A stretch of 64,000 nt of DNA from a candidate division FCPU426 bacterium (GTDB taxonomy: Bacteria > Oederibacteriota > PGYV01 > Palsa-1178): assembly GCA_963840035.1 (NCBI GenBank), contig CAWIXE010000002.1:160001-224000 (forward strand). The letters run 5' to 3'. The notes beneath the pieces are model-generated. The model made no database searches. It was not told the origin of the DNA and worked only from the letters and a program-made list of their open reading frames with translations. The position numbers and the translations under genes were made by a program. This document shows, piece by piece, positions 50,308-59,873 of the stretch. Position 1 is the stretch's first letter, and each line of letters begins with the position of its first letter.

Positions 50308-53300
50308 TTGACGGCAATGCGTAAGATATTCATCACAGTTATCATATGCCTTATTCCTTCTATTATATTCTCCGCCCAGAATAACGCCATACGCGTTGAC
50401 ATGGAAGGCTACAGGACCGCGTCGAAAAAGAGCGTCATGCTTGTGGGGCAAAACTACACTTCTTTTACCGTAAAAAAGGTATCCGACAACTCCACCGTAT
50501 ATACCGGGACTTTTGGAGGCACCATCGCTGACGCGGCTTCGGGGGATTCCGTGCGTCAGGGCGATTTCTCGTCTGTTACGGCAGCGGGGGATTATTACGT
50601 GCAGGTAACCGGGCTGGGCGAATCGTACAGTTTTACCATTTCCGATACTGTTTTTAATAATGTCTTTATCACTGCCATGCGCGGGCTTTACGGCCAGCGC
50701 TGCGGGCCCGCGATTTCATTTACACACCGAGGCACAACCTTTTCCCACGGCGCCTGTCATACCGGAAACTCAGCCTATGACGCGACCACCGGATTAAGCG
50801 GAAGCAGGAACTGCACCGGGGGCTGGCATGACGCGGGGGACTACGGCAAGTACGCTTTAAACGGCGGGGTTACAATGGGAACGCTGCTTCTCATGTATGA
50901 GCGATATAAGGATATCCTGGAAGCCGTCAACCTCGGCCTGCCGTATTCCGGAGGGGCCCTTCCGGATGTGCTCGTGGAAATAAAATACAACCTGGACTTC
51001 ATGATGAAAATGCAGTACACGACAGCGGGCGCAATGTTCGGCGGGGTTTTCCATAAAGTATCAAACGGTTTTCCCGCGATGACCCTTATGCCGCAGAACG
51101 ACGGCGCCACGGATGTCTTTCAGATATCGTCCTGCGCCACAGGCGATTTTGCCGCTGTCATGGCCATAGCCTCGAGGGTATTCGAACCATATGACGCGGC
51201 TTATGCTCTGTCGTGTTCGATTTCCGCGAAAAACGCGTGGACATACTTAAAGAACAACGCAAACATAGTGCCTGCGGGCGGTTTTACCGGCGGCCTTGGA
51301 GGGGCTTACGGTGATACTGACGACAGGGACGAGAGGCTCTGGGCCGCTGTTGAGCTTTTTAACTCCACCGGGGCAACCGATTACAACACTTACGTTTACG
51401 ACCACTACCTGGACAGGGCTCTGACTGACGTCGCCGACGGCGGAGATGACTGGAAGGAACTGCACCCCGTAGCGTACATGTCTTACATACAATCGCCGCA
51501 GGCTGCGGTGAACGCAACTGTTGTCGCCGCGATGAAGACGGCTTTTCAGGCGCACGTGAATACTTTCAGAAGCAGGTCGCAGTCAACCGACGGGTATAAA
51601 TATGTGCTTGTGGACGGCAATTATTTCTGGGGTTCCAATTCAATCGGATTAAACAGGGGCATGAGAATGCTCGCGGCAGCTGATATTTTTAATGACAGCA
51701 CTTATAAGGACGCGGCTGAAGAGATTGTGCATTATATGCTGGGAAGGAATCCGTTTAACAAATCTTTTGTTACTTATGTGGGAGACAGCTACATGTCCAA
51801 CCCGCACCACAGGCCTTCCATAGGCGACAGCATAACGCCGCCGTGGCCCGGGCTTTTGATAGGCGGAGCCAATAATGAATATAACGGCGGCGACCCGGTC
51901 ATACCTGCCGGACAGCCCGCGGCAAAAACATACATAGATAATGACGGTTCATGGGGGACAAACGAGATAGCCATCAACTGGCAGTCATCGCTTATTTACG
52001 TGCTGGCGGCTTTCTGCCAGCCGCCTCCGCCAACTCCGACGCCCACCGCGACAATCACAGGCACGCCTCCGACAGCTACTATAACTCCGACATTTACGGC
52101 AACACCTACATTTATGGAAATCAGGGTAAATTGCGGAGGGCCGCTCTTTACAGACACGCCGGGCAAGACATGGTCGGCGGATAAGGCATATACAGGATAT
52201 ACCGGGTCTGCGTGGGGTTATGTCACGGCAGGACAGATTGATATTAGGACCGGGGATATAACAAATACCGGCGACGATACCCTGTTTTTGTATGACCGCT
52301 GGTCCAATAATGTGAGCAATCTCGATTACGCTTTTGACGTGGGTACCGGCACATATCAGGTAAGGCTGCGTTTCGCTGAAACATGGTTTACCGCGGCAGG
52401 GCAGAGGAAATTCAACATCAGCCTCGAAGGAACGCTGCAGCAGGCTGATTTTGACATTATAGGCGAGGCTGCAGGCGCGTGGAAATATGTGGACAAGACA
52501 TTTGTAATAACAGTCACTGACGGGACGCTTAATGTCAGCCTGACAAAGGGAAGCGTGGATTGGCCGGTTATAAGCGCCATAGAGGTCATAACATATTATC
52601 CGCCGAATACGCCGACATATTCCGCGTCGCCGACGAAGACAGTATCGCCGACGATAACAAAGACAAAAACAGTCACTGCCACGCCGACCGCGTCCATTAC
52701 CGGCACTCCGCCTACGGCAACATCCACTGTCACTTTTACGGCGACCGCGGTGCCCACGGCCCTGCGCATAGACTGCGGCGGGCCGGGATATTTTGACGGC
52801 ACAAACACTTGGATCGCGGACGCTTATTTCAGCGGGGGAAATACCGGCAGCACCACTGACGCCATAGGCCTTACCACCGCGGACGTACTCTACCAGACAG
52901 AACGCTACGGTACTTTTTCCTACGACATACCTGTCGCGGACGGCACATATGAAGTGACGCTGAAGTTCTGCGAGTTTTATTTCTCCGCGCCGCTGGACAG
53001 GTATTTTGACGTTTCCATTGAAGGATCGGCTGTATTGGATAACCTTGATGTCCTGAATATGGCGGGGTTTGAGAACGCGTATGACAGGGTATTTACCGTT
53101 ACTGTTTCAGACGGAGTTTTGAATATCCAGTTCACAGGGGTTAAGGATAACGCCACCATAGACGCGATACAGGTAAGGCCGGTAATCCCGACGCCTACCA
53201 ATACCCCTTCCAGGACAGTGACATTTACCAGGACCCCGGTTTTATCCCCGACATTTACAGCCACTTATACCGGGACCAGGACTTTGACAGCCACATCCAC

Positions 53301-54255
53301 GGCCACGGACCAGAACACGCCTACATACACGGGAACAATCACCGCAACAGCGACCGCTACATCCACCGGGAGCGAGACGCCGAAGGCCACGGAATCAAGC
53401 ACGATTACAGTTTACTCGCCGACATTTACCCTGACCGCGACAAGGACAAAAACATCAACGGCGACATATACTGCCACGGTTTCGCAGACGTATACGGCCA
53501 CAGCTACACCGACATTTACATCCACTAAAACAGCTACTTCAACAGCAACCATGACGCCGACCGTGACACAGACAAACACTCCCGCTTACAGCGCCACGGC
53601 AACGCCAACCATTACGTTTACCATAACAGGGACACCGCCGAGTGAAACTTTTACGCCAAGCATTACCAGGACATGGACATACTCGCAGACACCCACAGGA
53701 ACACAGACATTTACCATGACATCCACGCATACACCCACGCTGACATTTACCAATAGTCCGGTTAATACCATGACATATACCGTTACACGCACAAATACAC
53801 CGGGCAATACGCCCACATTTACATACAGCCACACGCCTTTAAACACCGAGACACAGACATCCACGCTGCCGCCTACCCAGACACGGACCCCGGTTAATAC
53901 CGCCACATACACATGGACGATGCAGGCGGCAACGCCAACCTTTACGCCGACTTCCACGGCCATTGCGCAAACCGGAGGAGTGACGCTCTATCCAAACCCG
54001 GTAAATCCCGCCACACAGGACCTTTACGCCGGGTATACGCTGGAGAGGAACGCGGAGAAGGTGGAGTTTTTCATTTATTCATCTGGCTTCAGGCAGGTGG
54101 CAAGGGTTCAGTGGAATAATCCGGGCGCGGGATATAATAAAGGCGTTGTAGAAAGGCAGTATCTGCAGGGCCTGTCAAACGGGACTTATTATTATATGAT
54201 GCAGGATGATAATGGCAAAAGGCTAAAAACTGGAAACTTTATTATCCTTAAATAA
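50308..54255 (+). CDS. GH9 (Ig-like N-terminus) + two malectin (CBM57-like) domains + long Thr/Pro linker + YPNP CTD
   Basis: GGWHDAGDYGKY, PHHRPS, NEIAINWQ; RVNCGG..VRLRFAE and RIDCGG..LYQTERY..VTLKFCE. Start is TTG 50308 (AGGAG RBS) or ATG 50317. Confidence 0.92.
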   Translation: MTAMRKIFITVIICLIPSIIFSAQNNAIRVDMEGYRTASKKSVMLVGQNYTSFTVKKVSDNSTVYTGTFGGTIADAASGDSVRQGDFSSVTAAGDYYVQVTGLGESYSFTISDTVFNNVFITAMRGLYGQRCGPAISFTHRGTTFSHGACHTGNSAYDATTGLSGSRNCTGGWHDAGDYGKYALNGGVTMGTLLLMYERYKDILEAVNLGLPYSGGALPDVLVEIKYNLDFMMKMQYTTAGAMFGGVFHKVSNGFPAMTLMPQNDGATDVFQISSCATGDFAAVMAIASRVFEPYDAAYALSCSISAKNAWTYLKNNANIVPAGGFTGGLGGAYGDTDDRDERLWAAVELFNSTGATDYNTYVYDHYLDRALTDVADGGDDWKELHPVAYMSYIQSPQAAVNATVVAAMKTAFQAHVNTFRSRSQSTDGYKYVLVDGNYFWGSNSIGLNRGMRMLAAADIFNDSTYKDAAEEIVHYMLGRNPFNKSFVTYVGDSYMSNPHHRPSIGDSITPPWPGLLIGGANNEYNGGDPVIPAGQPAAKTYIDNDGSWGTNEIAINWQSSLIYVLAAFCQPPPPTPTPTATITGTPPTATITPTFTATPTFMEIRVNCGGPLFTDTPGKTWSADKAYTGYTGSAWGYVTAGQIDIRTGDITNTGDDTLFLYDRWSNNVSNLDYAFDVGTGTYQVRLRFAETWFTAAGQRKFNISLEGTLQQADFDIIGEAAGAWKYVDKTFVITVTDGTLNVSLTKGSVDWPVISAIEVITYYPPNTPTYSASPTKTVSPTITKTKTVTATPTASITGTPPTATSTVTFTATAVPTALRIDCGGPGYFDGTNTWIADAYFSGGNTGSTTDAIGLTTADVLYQTERYGTFSYDIPVADGTYEVTLKFCEFYFSAPLDRYFDVSIEGSAVLDNLDVLNMAGFENAYDRVFTVTVSDGVLNIQFTGVKDNATIDAIQVRPVIPTPTNTPSRTVTFTRTPVLSPTFTATYTGTRTLTATSTATDQNTPTYTGTITATATATSTGSETPKATESSTITVYSPTFTLTATRTKTSTATYTATVSQTYTATATPTFTSTKTATSTATMTPTVTQTNTPAYSATATPTITFTITGTPPSETFTPSITRTWTYSQTPTGTQTFTMTSTHTPTLTFTNSPVNTMTYTVTRTNTPGNTPTFTYSHTPLNTETQTSTLPPTQTRTPVNTATYTWTMQAATPTFTPTSTAIAQTGGVTLYPNPVNPATQDLYAGYTLERNAEKVEFFIYSSGFRQVARVQWNNPGAGYNKGVVERQYLQGLSNGTYYYMMQDDNGKRLKTGNFIILK

Positions 54256-54293
54256 ATATGGTATAATAGATTTACTTTAAAACCAGAGGTTAT

Positions 54294-57200
54294 ATGAAAA
54301 TTAAAAGACTTCTTACCATCCTTGCTGCAATCCTTATACTATCTTCATTTATATACCCGTCTGCGACAATCCCGTCACAGGCATGGAACCGCGACGTAGG
54401 CGCCACAGGCTATAAGGACGGCGCGCCCATAGGCGGCTTCGGAGCGGGGACCATCACGTGGAAATACGACGGCATATTTTATAAGGACAGGCTGAAAATA
54501 GGCCATGTCGGGTCCGGGCTTGAAAGCGATAACATAGCATTTACCGACGACGCTACAGCCAGGTTTTATCTGTACCAGAAAACCAGCGGCGCAGGCACAG
54601 CGACAGTAAGAAAACTTGACGCCGCGACTTTAGGCGCGGGACAGGCAAAATATTATTCGCTTTTTCCCATGTCGTGGGTAGATTATTACGGCACACTTTT
54701 TGACGTAAAAGCCACGGTCACCCAGTTTTCGCCCATCATACCAAACGACTACCAGCGCGTCAGCTATCCCATGGGTATTTATGAATGGGAAATAACAAAC
54801 CCGTCAGCCACGCAGTCATATGACGCCTCCATAATGCTTACCTGGAACAATGATTATTCCGGCGTTTCCGCGACTGCCGTGACAAACGGGAATTTTAAGG
54901 GCATAGTCCTGCACAGGACAGGCACGGGCGCGCCAACGCTCGAGACTGAGGGCGAGTTCGCGTTAGGCAGCATAAACGGAAACGGTGTGACAGTAACTGT
55001 CGCCTCATCAACAACAGCCGCAAACCTTGTAACGGATTTTACTACGGACGGAAAACTTAGCGGAACCACCGGGGCGAACACAATAGGCGCGGTATCATTC
55101 GCGGTTACGCTCGCGCCGGGCGAGACTATACGCGTACCAATAGTACTCGCGTGGGACATTCCCATTTACCAGGTGGGAACAGGAGATAAGTGGTGGAAGA
55201 GGTTTACGCGTTACTTCGGCAGGACAGGAAGGAACGCCTGGGCCATGATACAGGAAGCGCTCACAAACCACGCGTCATGGGAATCGCAGATTGACTCATG
55301 GCAGTCCGGAATACTCTCAAACCCTGATTACCCAAACTGGATGAAGTCAATGGTATTCAATGAACTTTATATTTATTTTACAGGAGGGACTGTCTGGGAA
55401 GCGGGGGGAGCTTCAGGGCAGGCTGATGAGGATTCAACCCCTGAAGGCGACATGTTCTCGCACCTGGAATCATATATTTACCCTTTTTACGGCACCTCTG
55501 ACGTGCGTTTCTACGGCTCGTGGGCGCTTTTCATGAACTGGCCCGACATAGACAAGCAGGCAGTAAAACAGTTCTGCGACAGCGTGCAAAATACCAGGAG
55601 TGACAGGGCACCGGGTGAAGGCACGACCGCGCATGACTTAGGCGGCATATACGCGTACAACCCGCCGGGAAACACATGTGTTTTAAACGGGACGCAGGGG
55701 CAGTGGTATTTATTTGACATCTGGAACTGCTACAGGTGGAGGTCGGCCTGCGACTGGAAGGATTTAAATTCAAAACTGGTGCTCATGGTTTACAGGGACT
55801 GGAAATTAAGCGGAAGCACGGACACCGCGTTCCTTAATTACTGCTATAACCCGGTCAAAATAGCCATGGCAAAAGTAAAAAGCCAGGATACCGACGGCAA
55901 GGGCTTGCCTAACTCAACGGGAATTGACCAGACATACGACGACATGGATTTAACAGGGGACACGGCTTACTGCGGAAGCCTTTTTCTTTCCGCGTGTCTT
56001 GCGGCAAAGGAACTCGCGATAGCCGCGGGCGATATCACTGCGGCGAACACATACCAGGCATGGTTTGACCTGGCCGCGCCGAATTTTGAGAACCAGCTGT
56101 GGACGGGTTCTTATTACAAAATAGACACGGGTAGCACCAATACCATGCGCATCATGAGCGACCAGCTTTGCGGACAGTGGTATGCGGACGCGGTGGGCCT
56201 GCCTGATATCGTGGTAAACACAAGGGCGGCACGGGCATACCAGACAATATACGACAATAACTTCATGAAATTCGGCGGCGGAGCGCACGGGGTTGTGAAT
56301 GTAATGCTGGATAACGGCACCATAGACACATCCACAGTGCAGACAAATGAGTGCTGGGTGGGGACGAGTTGGGGCGATGTCGCGGGCATGATACATATGG
56401 GCATGCTCACTCAGGCAGACGCCATCGGTCAAAGTATTTATAATACCATCTGGAATACGTCACAGTTATGGTTCAGGACACCTGAAGCGTGGAAAGTTGG
56501 CGTTACAAATCAGAGGGCGTATTATTATATGAGGGGAACGACTGTTTGGGCTGTTAAGTGGGCCTATGACCACAAGCCAGTCGTGGGAACGCCGACTAAC
56601 ACTCCGACAGCCACAATGACCAGGACAAATACACCTTATTATTCCCCGACATCCACCAGGACAAATACCCCTTTCGTCAGCTCAACAGCGACACCTACTT
56701 ACACAAATACGCCTGTTTTCACGGCAACGCAGACCTTTACCGCGACCCCTACATTTTCCGTGACAGCGACCTTTAACCCTGTCAGGGTTAACTGCGCAGG
56801 GCCGGGATACGCTTCGCCTTCAACTTTGCTTTACTGGGAGCAGGACCAGGCATACGGCGGCGCGAATACGTGGGGGTATACGGTACTTGGCAATGAAAAT
56901 ACCAGGGCTTACGCGATAAACGGAACTCTTGACGACACGCTTTATCAGTCGGAGCGGTGGAATGCCGCGCTGGGATATTCTTTCGACGTGCCGGACGGGA
57001 CGTACGAGGTAACGCTGAAATTCTGCGAGACATGGTTTGGCATTCCGGCAAACGGCGGGGGCGGGGCATTAAGCAGGCGGTTTAACGTGGCTCTTGAAGG
57101 CACGCAGGTGCTTACTAATTTTGACATTTACGCTGCCGCGGGTAACGCGGCGAGCACTGCCGTGGACAGGGTTTTTAACGTGACGGTTACTGACGGCACG

Positions 57201-58106
57201 CTGAATATAAATCTTACTTCCGGGTTAAGCGACAACCCTCTAATAAATGCCATACAGGTTTTAAGGCTGTTGCCGAGCCCGACTCATACGCCGTCATATA
57301 CCGCTACTAACACAAACACTCCGGCGGAGTCGCCGACATTTACAGGGACAAAAACACAGACCAGCACAGCAACGCCAACATCAACCGGGACTTATACGGC
57401 TACTGACACGCCTGTGGTCACGCCAACTCATACGAACACAAAGACCGCAACGCCTTCTGTCACGGAGACTTATACCATCACGGTTTTTTCCCCGACATTC
57501 ACACTGACAGCCACAGCAACAGGGACCATGACTGTGACCAGGACTGATACCCCCGTGTACAGCCCGACATCGACGCCTACGGCGACGCTTACCATGACAG
57601 GCTCGCCGCCAACGCAGACTTTTACGCCTAGTGTGACACAAACCCATACGCTGCTGCCGACAGGGACATTTACGGCTACAAGGACAAGCACGCCTGTAAA
57701 TACGGCCACGCTGACAAGCACAAAAGTCCCGAGCGCAACTTATACGCGCACGGCCCAGCCGACAAATACAAATACTCCGCAGGCTACTGCCACCCCCACT
57801 GCCACAAAAACAGCCGCGTCTGTAAAAAAAGACCCGGAGACATGGCCAAACCCGGTTGACGCTGACACGCAGGACCTTACTGTCGCGTATTACACGGCAG
57901 GCGGAAGCAAGGTGTTTTTCAGGGTCTATACGGTTAATTACAGGCTCATAACCCAGGTACAGTGGAACAATGTGCCGCAGGGATATAATGAAGGGACCGT
58001 TGACAGGCAGTACTTAAGGAAGCTCGCCAGCGGCATGTACTATTTTGTGGTGGTCTCTGATTCTGGGGAGAGTACAAAGTTGGGGAAGTTTGTGGTAATT
58101 AGGTAG
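54294..58106 (+). CDS. Secreted GH116 glycosidase + malectin + Thr/Pro linker + WPNP CTD
   Basis: GAPIGGFGAGTI, QFSPIIP, NELY, YGTSDVRFY, HDLG, WKDLN, DQTYD, DQLCGQWY, FRTPEA, YMR. Confidence 0.9.
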   Translation: MKIKRLLTILAAILILSSFIYPSATIPSQAWNRDVGATGYKDGAPIGGFGAGTITWKYDGIFYKDRLKIGHVGSGLESDNIAFTDDATARFYLYQKTSGAGTATVRKLDAATLGAGQAKYYSLFPMSWVDYYGTLFDVKATVTQFSPIIPNDYQRVSYPMGIYEWEITNPSATQSYDASIMLTWNNDYSGVSATAVTNGNFKGIVLHRTGTGAPTLETEGEFALGSINGNGVTVTVASSTTAANLVTDFTTDGKLSGTTGANTIGAVSFAVTLAPGETIRVPIVLAWDIPIYQVGTGDKWWKRFTRYFGRTGRNAWAMIQEALTNHASWESQIDSWQSGILSNPDYPNWMKSMVFNELYIYFTGGTVWEAGGASGQADEDSTPEGDMFSHLESYIYPFYGTSDVRFYGSWALFMNWPDIDKQAVKQFCDSVQNTRSDRAPGEGTTAHDLGGIYAYNPPGNTCVLNGTQGQWYLFDIWNCYRWRSACDWKDLNSKLVLMVYRDWKLSGSTDTAFLNYCYNPVKIAMAKVKSQDTDGKGLPNSTGIDQTYDDMDLTGDTAYCGSLFLSACLAAKELAIAAGDITAANTYQAWFDLAAPNFENQLWTGSYYKIDTGSTNTMRIMSDQLCGQWYADAVGLPDIVVNTRAARAYQTIYDNNFMKFGGGAHGVVNVMLDNGTIDTSTVQTNECWVGTSWGDVAGMIHMGMLTQADAIGQSIYNTIWNTSQLWFRTPEAWKVGVTNQRAYYYMRGTTVWAVKWAYDHKPVVGTPTNTPTATMTRTNTPYYSPTSTRTNTPFVSSTATPTYTNTPVFTATQTFTATPTFSVTATFNPVRVNCAGPGYASPSTLLYWEQDQAYGGANTWGYTVLGNENTRAYAINGTLDDTLYQSERWNAALGYSFDVPDGTYEVTLKFCETWFGIPANGGGGALSRRFNVALEGTQVLTNFDIYAAAGNAASTAVDRVFNVTVTDGTLNINLTSGLSDNPLINAIQVLRLLPSPTHTPSYTATNTNTPAESPTFTGTKTQTSTATPTSTGTYTATDTPVVTPTHTNTKTATPSVTETYTITVFSPTFTLTATATGTMTVTRTDTPVYSPTSTPTATLTMTGSPPTQTFTPSVTQTHTLLPTGTFTATRTSTPVNTATLTSTKVPSATYTRTAQPTNTNTPQATATPTATKTAASVKKDPETWPNPVDADTQDLTVAYYTAGGSKVFFRVYTVNYRLITQVQWNNVPQGYNEGTVDRQYLRKLASGMYYFVVVSDSGESTKLGKFVVIR

Positions 58107-58148
58107 GGAGTGGTGAGTGAAAAGCACGCCGCACGTACCACATACCCG

Positions 58149-58177
58149 TTGATTTATAACGAATGTTCGTGTATTAT
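58149..58177 (+). promoter_or_regulatory. Sigma70-like promoter with a palindrome in the spacer
   Basis: TTGATT-17-TATTAT; ACGAA-tg-TTCGT at 58159-58170. Confidence 0.55.
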
Positions 58178-58212
58178 GAACAATGTAAATAAGGAAACCA
58201 AGGGAGAATATA

Positions 58213-59061
58213 ATGGCTGAAAAAATGCATACCATAGCGGTCGTATCAAAACTTTTTTCAAACTACTTTGTCCATGAAGTGTTGCAGGGTATTGAGCCGC
58301 ATCTTTTTAAGGGACCTTATGAAGTGAATTATTACCCCACGACCGGCAGGATTGACATAGAAAAAGACATGCTGAAATCCATATTATATGAAAAACGCGC
58401 TGACGCGCTCATATCCATATCCACTCCCATGGACGAAGAGCTCCTGCAGGCTTATAAGAACTCAAACATCCCCGTGGTTTTCATCGAGGAGTCCTGCGAG
58501 GGCGGCCACACCGTAAAAGTGGACAATGTAAAGGGCGCTTACATCGCTACGGAGTACCTCATAAAAAAAGGGCATAAGAAGATCGGAATATTGGCCGGCG
58601 AATTTCTGGATAAAAGGACAAATTCCATGGTAATAGAGAGGCTCATAGGATACAGGAAGGCAATAGAGGATTATGGAATGGCGCTTAATGAAAAATTCGT
58701 GAAGCATGTGGCATATTACTCATTTGAAGAAGGACGCCAGAAAATGAAGGAACTCCTGGACGAAAAAGCCGGGCTCGACGCGGTATTCTGCGCGGCAGGG
58801 GACTTAACAGCCATGGGCGTCATAGAAGAGCTCCGCGAGAACCACATAAAAGTACCCGAAGATATTTCAGTGGTGGGGTATGACGACATATTAACGGCGC
58901 AGTATAATAAGCCGGCCCTTACAACGGTAAAGCAGCCTATAGAACAGATGGGCTCAGAGGCATTTGAGCTCGCCGTTAAGTGCATAACCGGGGAAGTAAG
59001 CATGGACGAACATAGACTTATAATACTGGACCCGAAGTTTATAGTGCGGAAGTCAGCGTAA
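58213..59061 (+). CDS. LacI-type sugar-sensing domain protein lacking the HTH
   Basis: Starts at TIAVV; VDNVKGAYIATEYL, DAVFCAAGD, VPEDISVVGYDD, PALTTV; no signal peptide. Confidence 0.85.
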   Translation: MAEKMHTIAVVSKLFSNYFVHEVLQGIEPHLFKGPYEVNYYPTTGRIDIEKDMLKSILYEKRADALISISTPMDEELLQAYKNSNIPVVFIEESCEGGHTVKVDNVKGAYIATEYLIKKGHKKIGILAGEFLDKRTNSMVIERLIGYRKAIEDYGMALNEKFVKHVAYYSFEEGRQKMKELLDEKAGLDAVFCAAGDLTAMGVIEELRENHIKVPEDISVVGYDDILTAQYNKPALTTVKQPIEQMGSEAFELAVKCITGEVSMDEHRLIILDPKFIVRKSA

Positions 59062-59115
59062 GGCACCTGTCTTAAACCCAGTATATGTTTAGATACTGTA
59101 TCTGCATGTGTGCAT

Positions 59116-59323
59116 GGTGGCTCAAGGTGGGTGGGAGGGCTTAAACGGCTCAAGTGGTTATGAAGGAAATTGGTTGGCTCAATGTGGGTGGGAAGGCTTA
59201 AACGGCTCAAGTGGTTGTGAAGGAAGCTGGGTGGCTCAAGGTGGGTGGGAAGGCTTAGACAGCTCAAGTGTTTTGAAGGAAGCTGGGTGGCTCAAGGTAT
59301 TGGGATAGCTTTGAAGGCTCAAG
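59116..59323 (+). repeat. About 57-bp tandem repeat x3.5, each unit with two GGCTCAAG-like motifs
   Basis: Units start at 59119, 59176, 59233, 59289. Confidence 0.92.
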
Positions 59324-59337
59324 GGAAATGGGGGGGT

Positions 59338-59715
59338 ATGAAAACATTTGAGGACTTGATTGTATATCAGGAGGCAAGAAAATTAATAAATGAGGTTTAT
59401 GCTTTAACAAATAGCGGGGGATTTGGAAGGGATTTTGATTTGGTCAGGCAGATACGCAGGGCAGCGGTTTCTATTGCGGCAAATGTGGCTGAAGGTTTTG
59501 AAAGAGGGTCAAATACGGAATTTATTCAATACCTGTATATAGCTAAAGGCTCCTGCGGAGAATTACGAGTCGAACTTGGAATCGCTTGTGATCAAAAATA
59601 TATTGAAGTTGTTGATTTTAACAGGTTAAAAGAAAAATGCGTTAGTGTCAGCTCAATGTTAAGTAATTTTATCAAAAGTTTGAAAAAATCAGGACTTAAA
59701 GGCCCAAAAAGGTAA
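59338..59715 (+). CDS. Four-helix bundle protein (23S rRNA IVS protein / Avd-like, PF05635)
   Basis: FEDLIVYQEA..LVRQIRRAAVSIAANVAEGFER..EFIQYLYIAKGSCGE. Confidence 0.92.
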   Translation: MKTFEDLIVYQEARKLINEVYALTNSGGFGRDFDLVRQIRRAAVSIAANVAEGFERGSNTEFIQYLYIAKGSCGELRVELGIACDQKYIEVVDFNRLKEKCVSVSSMLSNFIKSLKKSGLKGPKR

Positions 59716-59725
59716 TGGCTGTTGT

Positions 59726-59844
59726 GCCAACCAACGTTCCATCACACCCACTTGAGCCTTGAGCCAACCAACGTTCTATCACACCCACTTGAGCCTTGAG
59801 CCAACCAACGTTCCATCACATCCACTTGAGCCTTGAGACAACCA
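59726..59844 (-). repeat. 37-bp tandem repeat x3 containing CTTGAGCCTTGAGCC (inverse of the upstream motif)
   Basis: GCCAACCAACGTTCYATCACAYCCACTTGAGCCTTGA at 59726, 59763, 59800. Confidence 0.92.
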
Positions 59845-59873
59845 TGTTTTTAATAACCAACATAAAAATCCCC

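Noticed and set aside
33656..57721. Val/Gly-rich minus-strand ORFs
   Set aside because: Antisense shadows of ACN/CCN-rich Thr/Pro linkers.
30312..58106. Cellulosome or SusC/SusD PUL
   Set aside because: No dockerin, cohesin, SLH, TonB-dependent receptor or SusD-like gene was recognised.
59108..59337. ORF 59108-59308 and the N-terminal extension of ORF 59245
   Set aside because: These are translations of the 57-bp repeat. The family-like sequence begins at MKTFEDL (59338) after a G-rich RBS.
59338..59715. Diversity-generating retroelement (Avd-like gene)
   Set aside because: No reverse transcriptase and no TR/VR pair differing at adenines is visible in the window.
59116..59844. CRISPR array
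   Set aside because: Units are contiguous near-identical tandem repeats with no unique spacers, and no cas genes are present.
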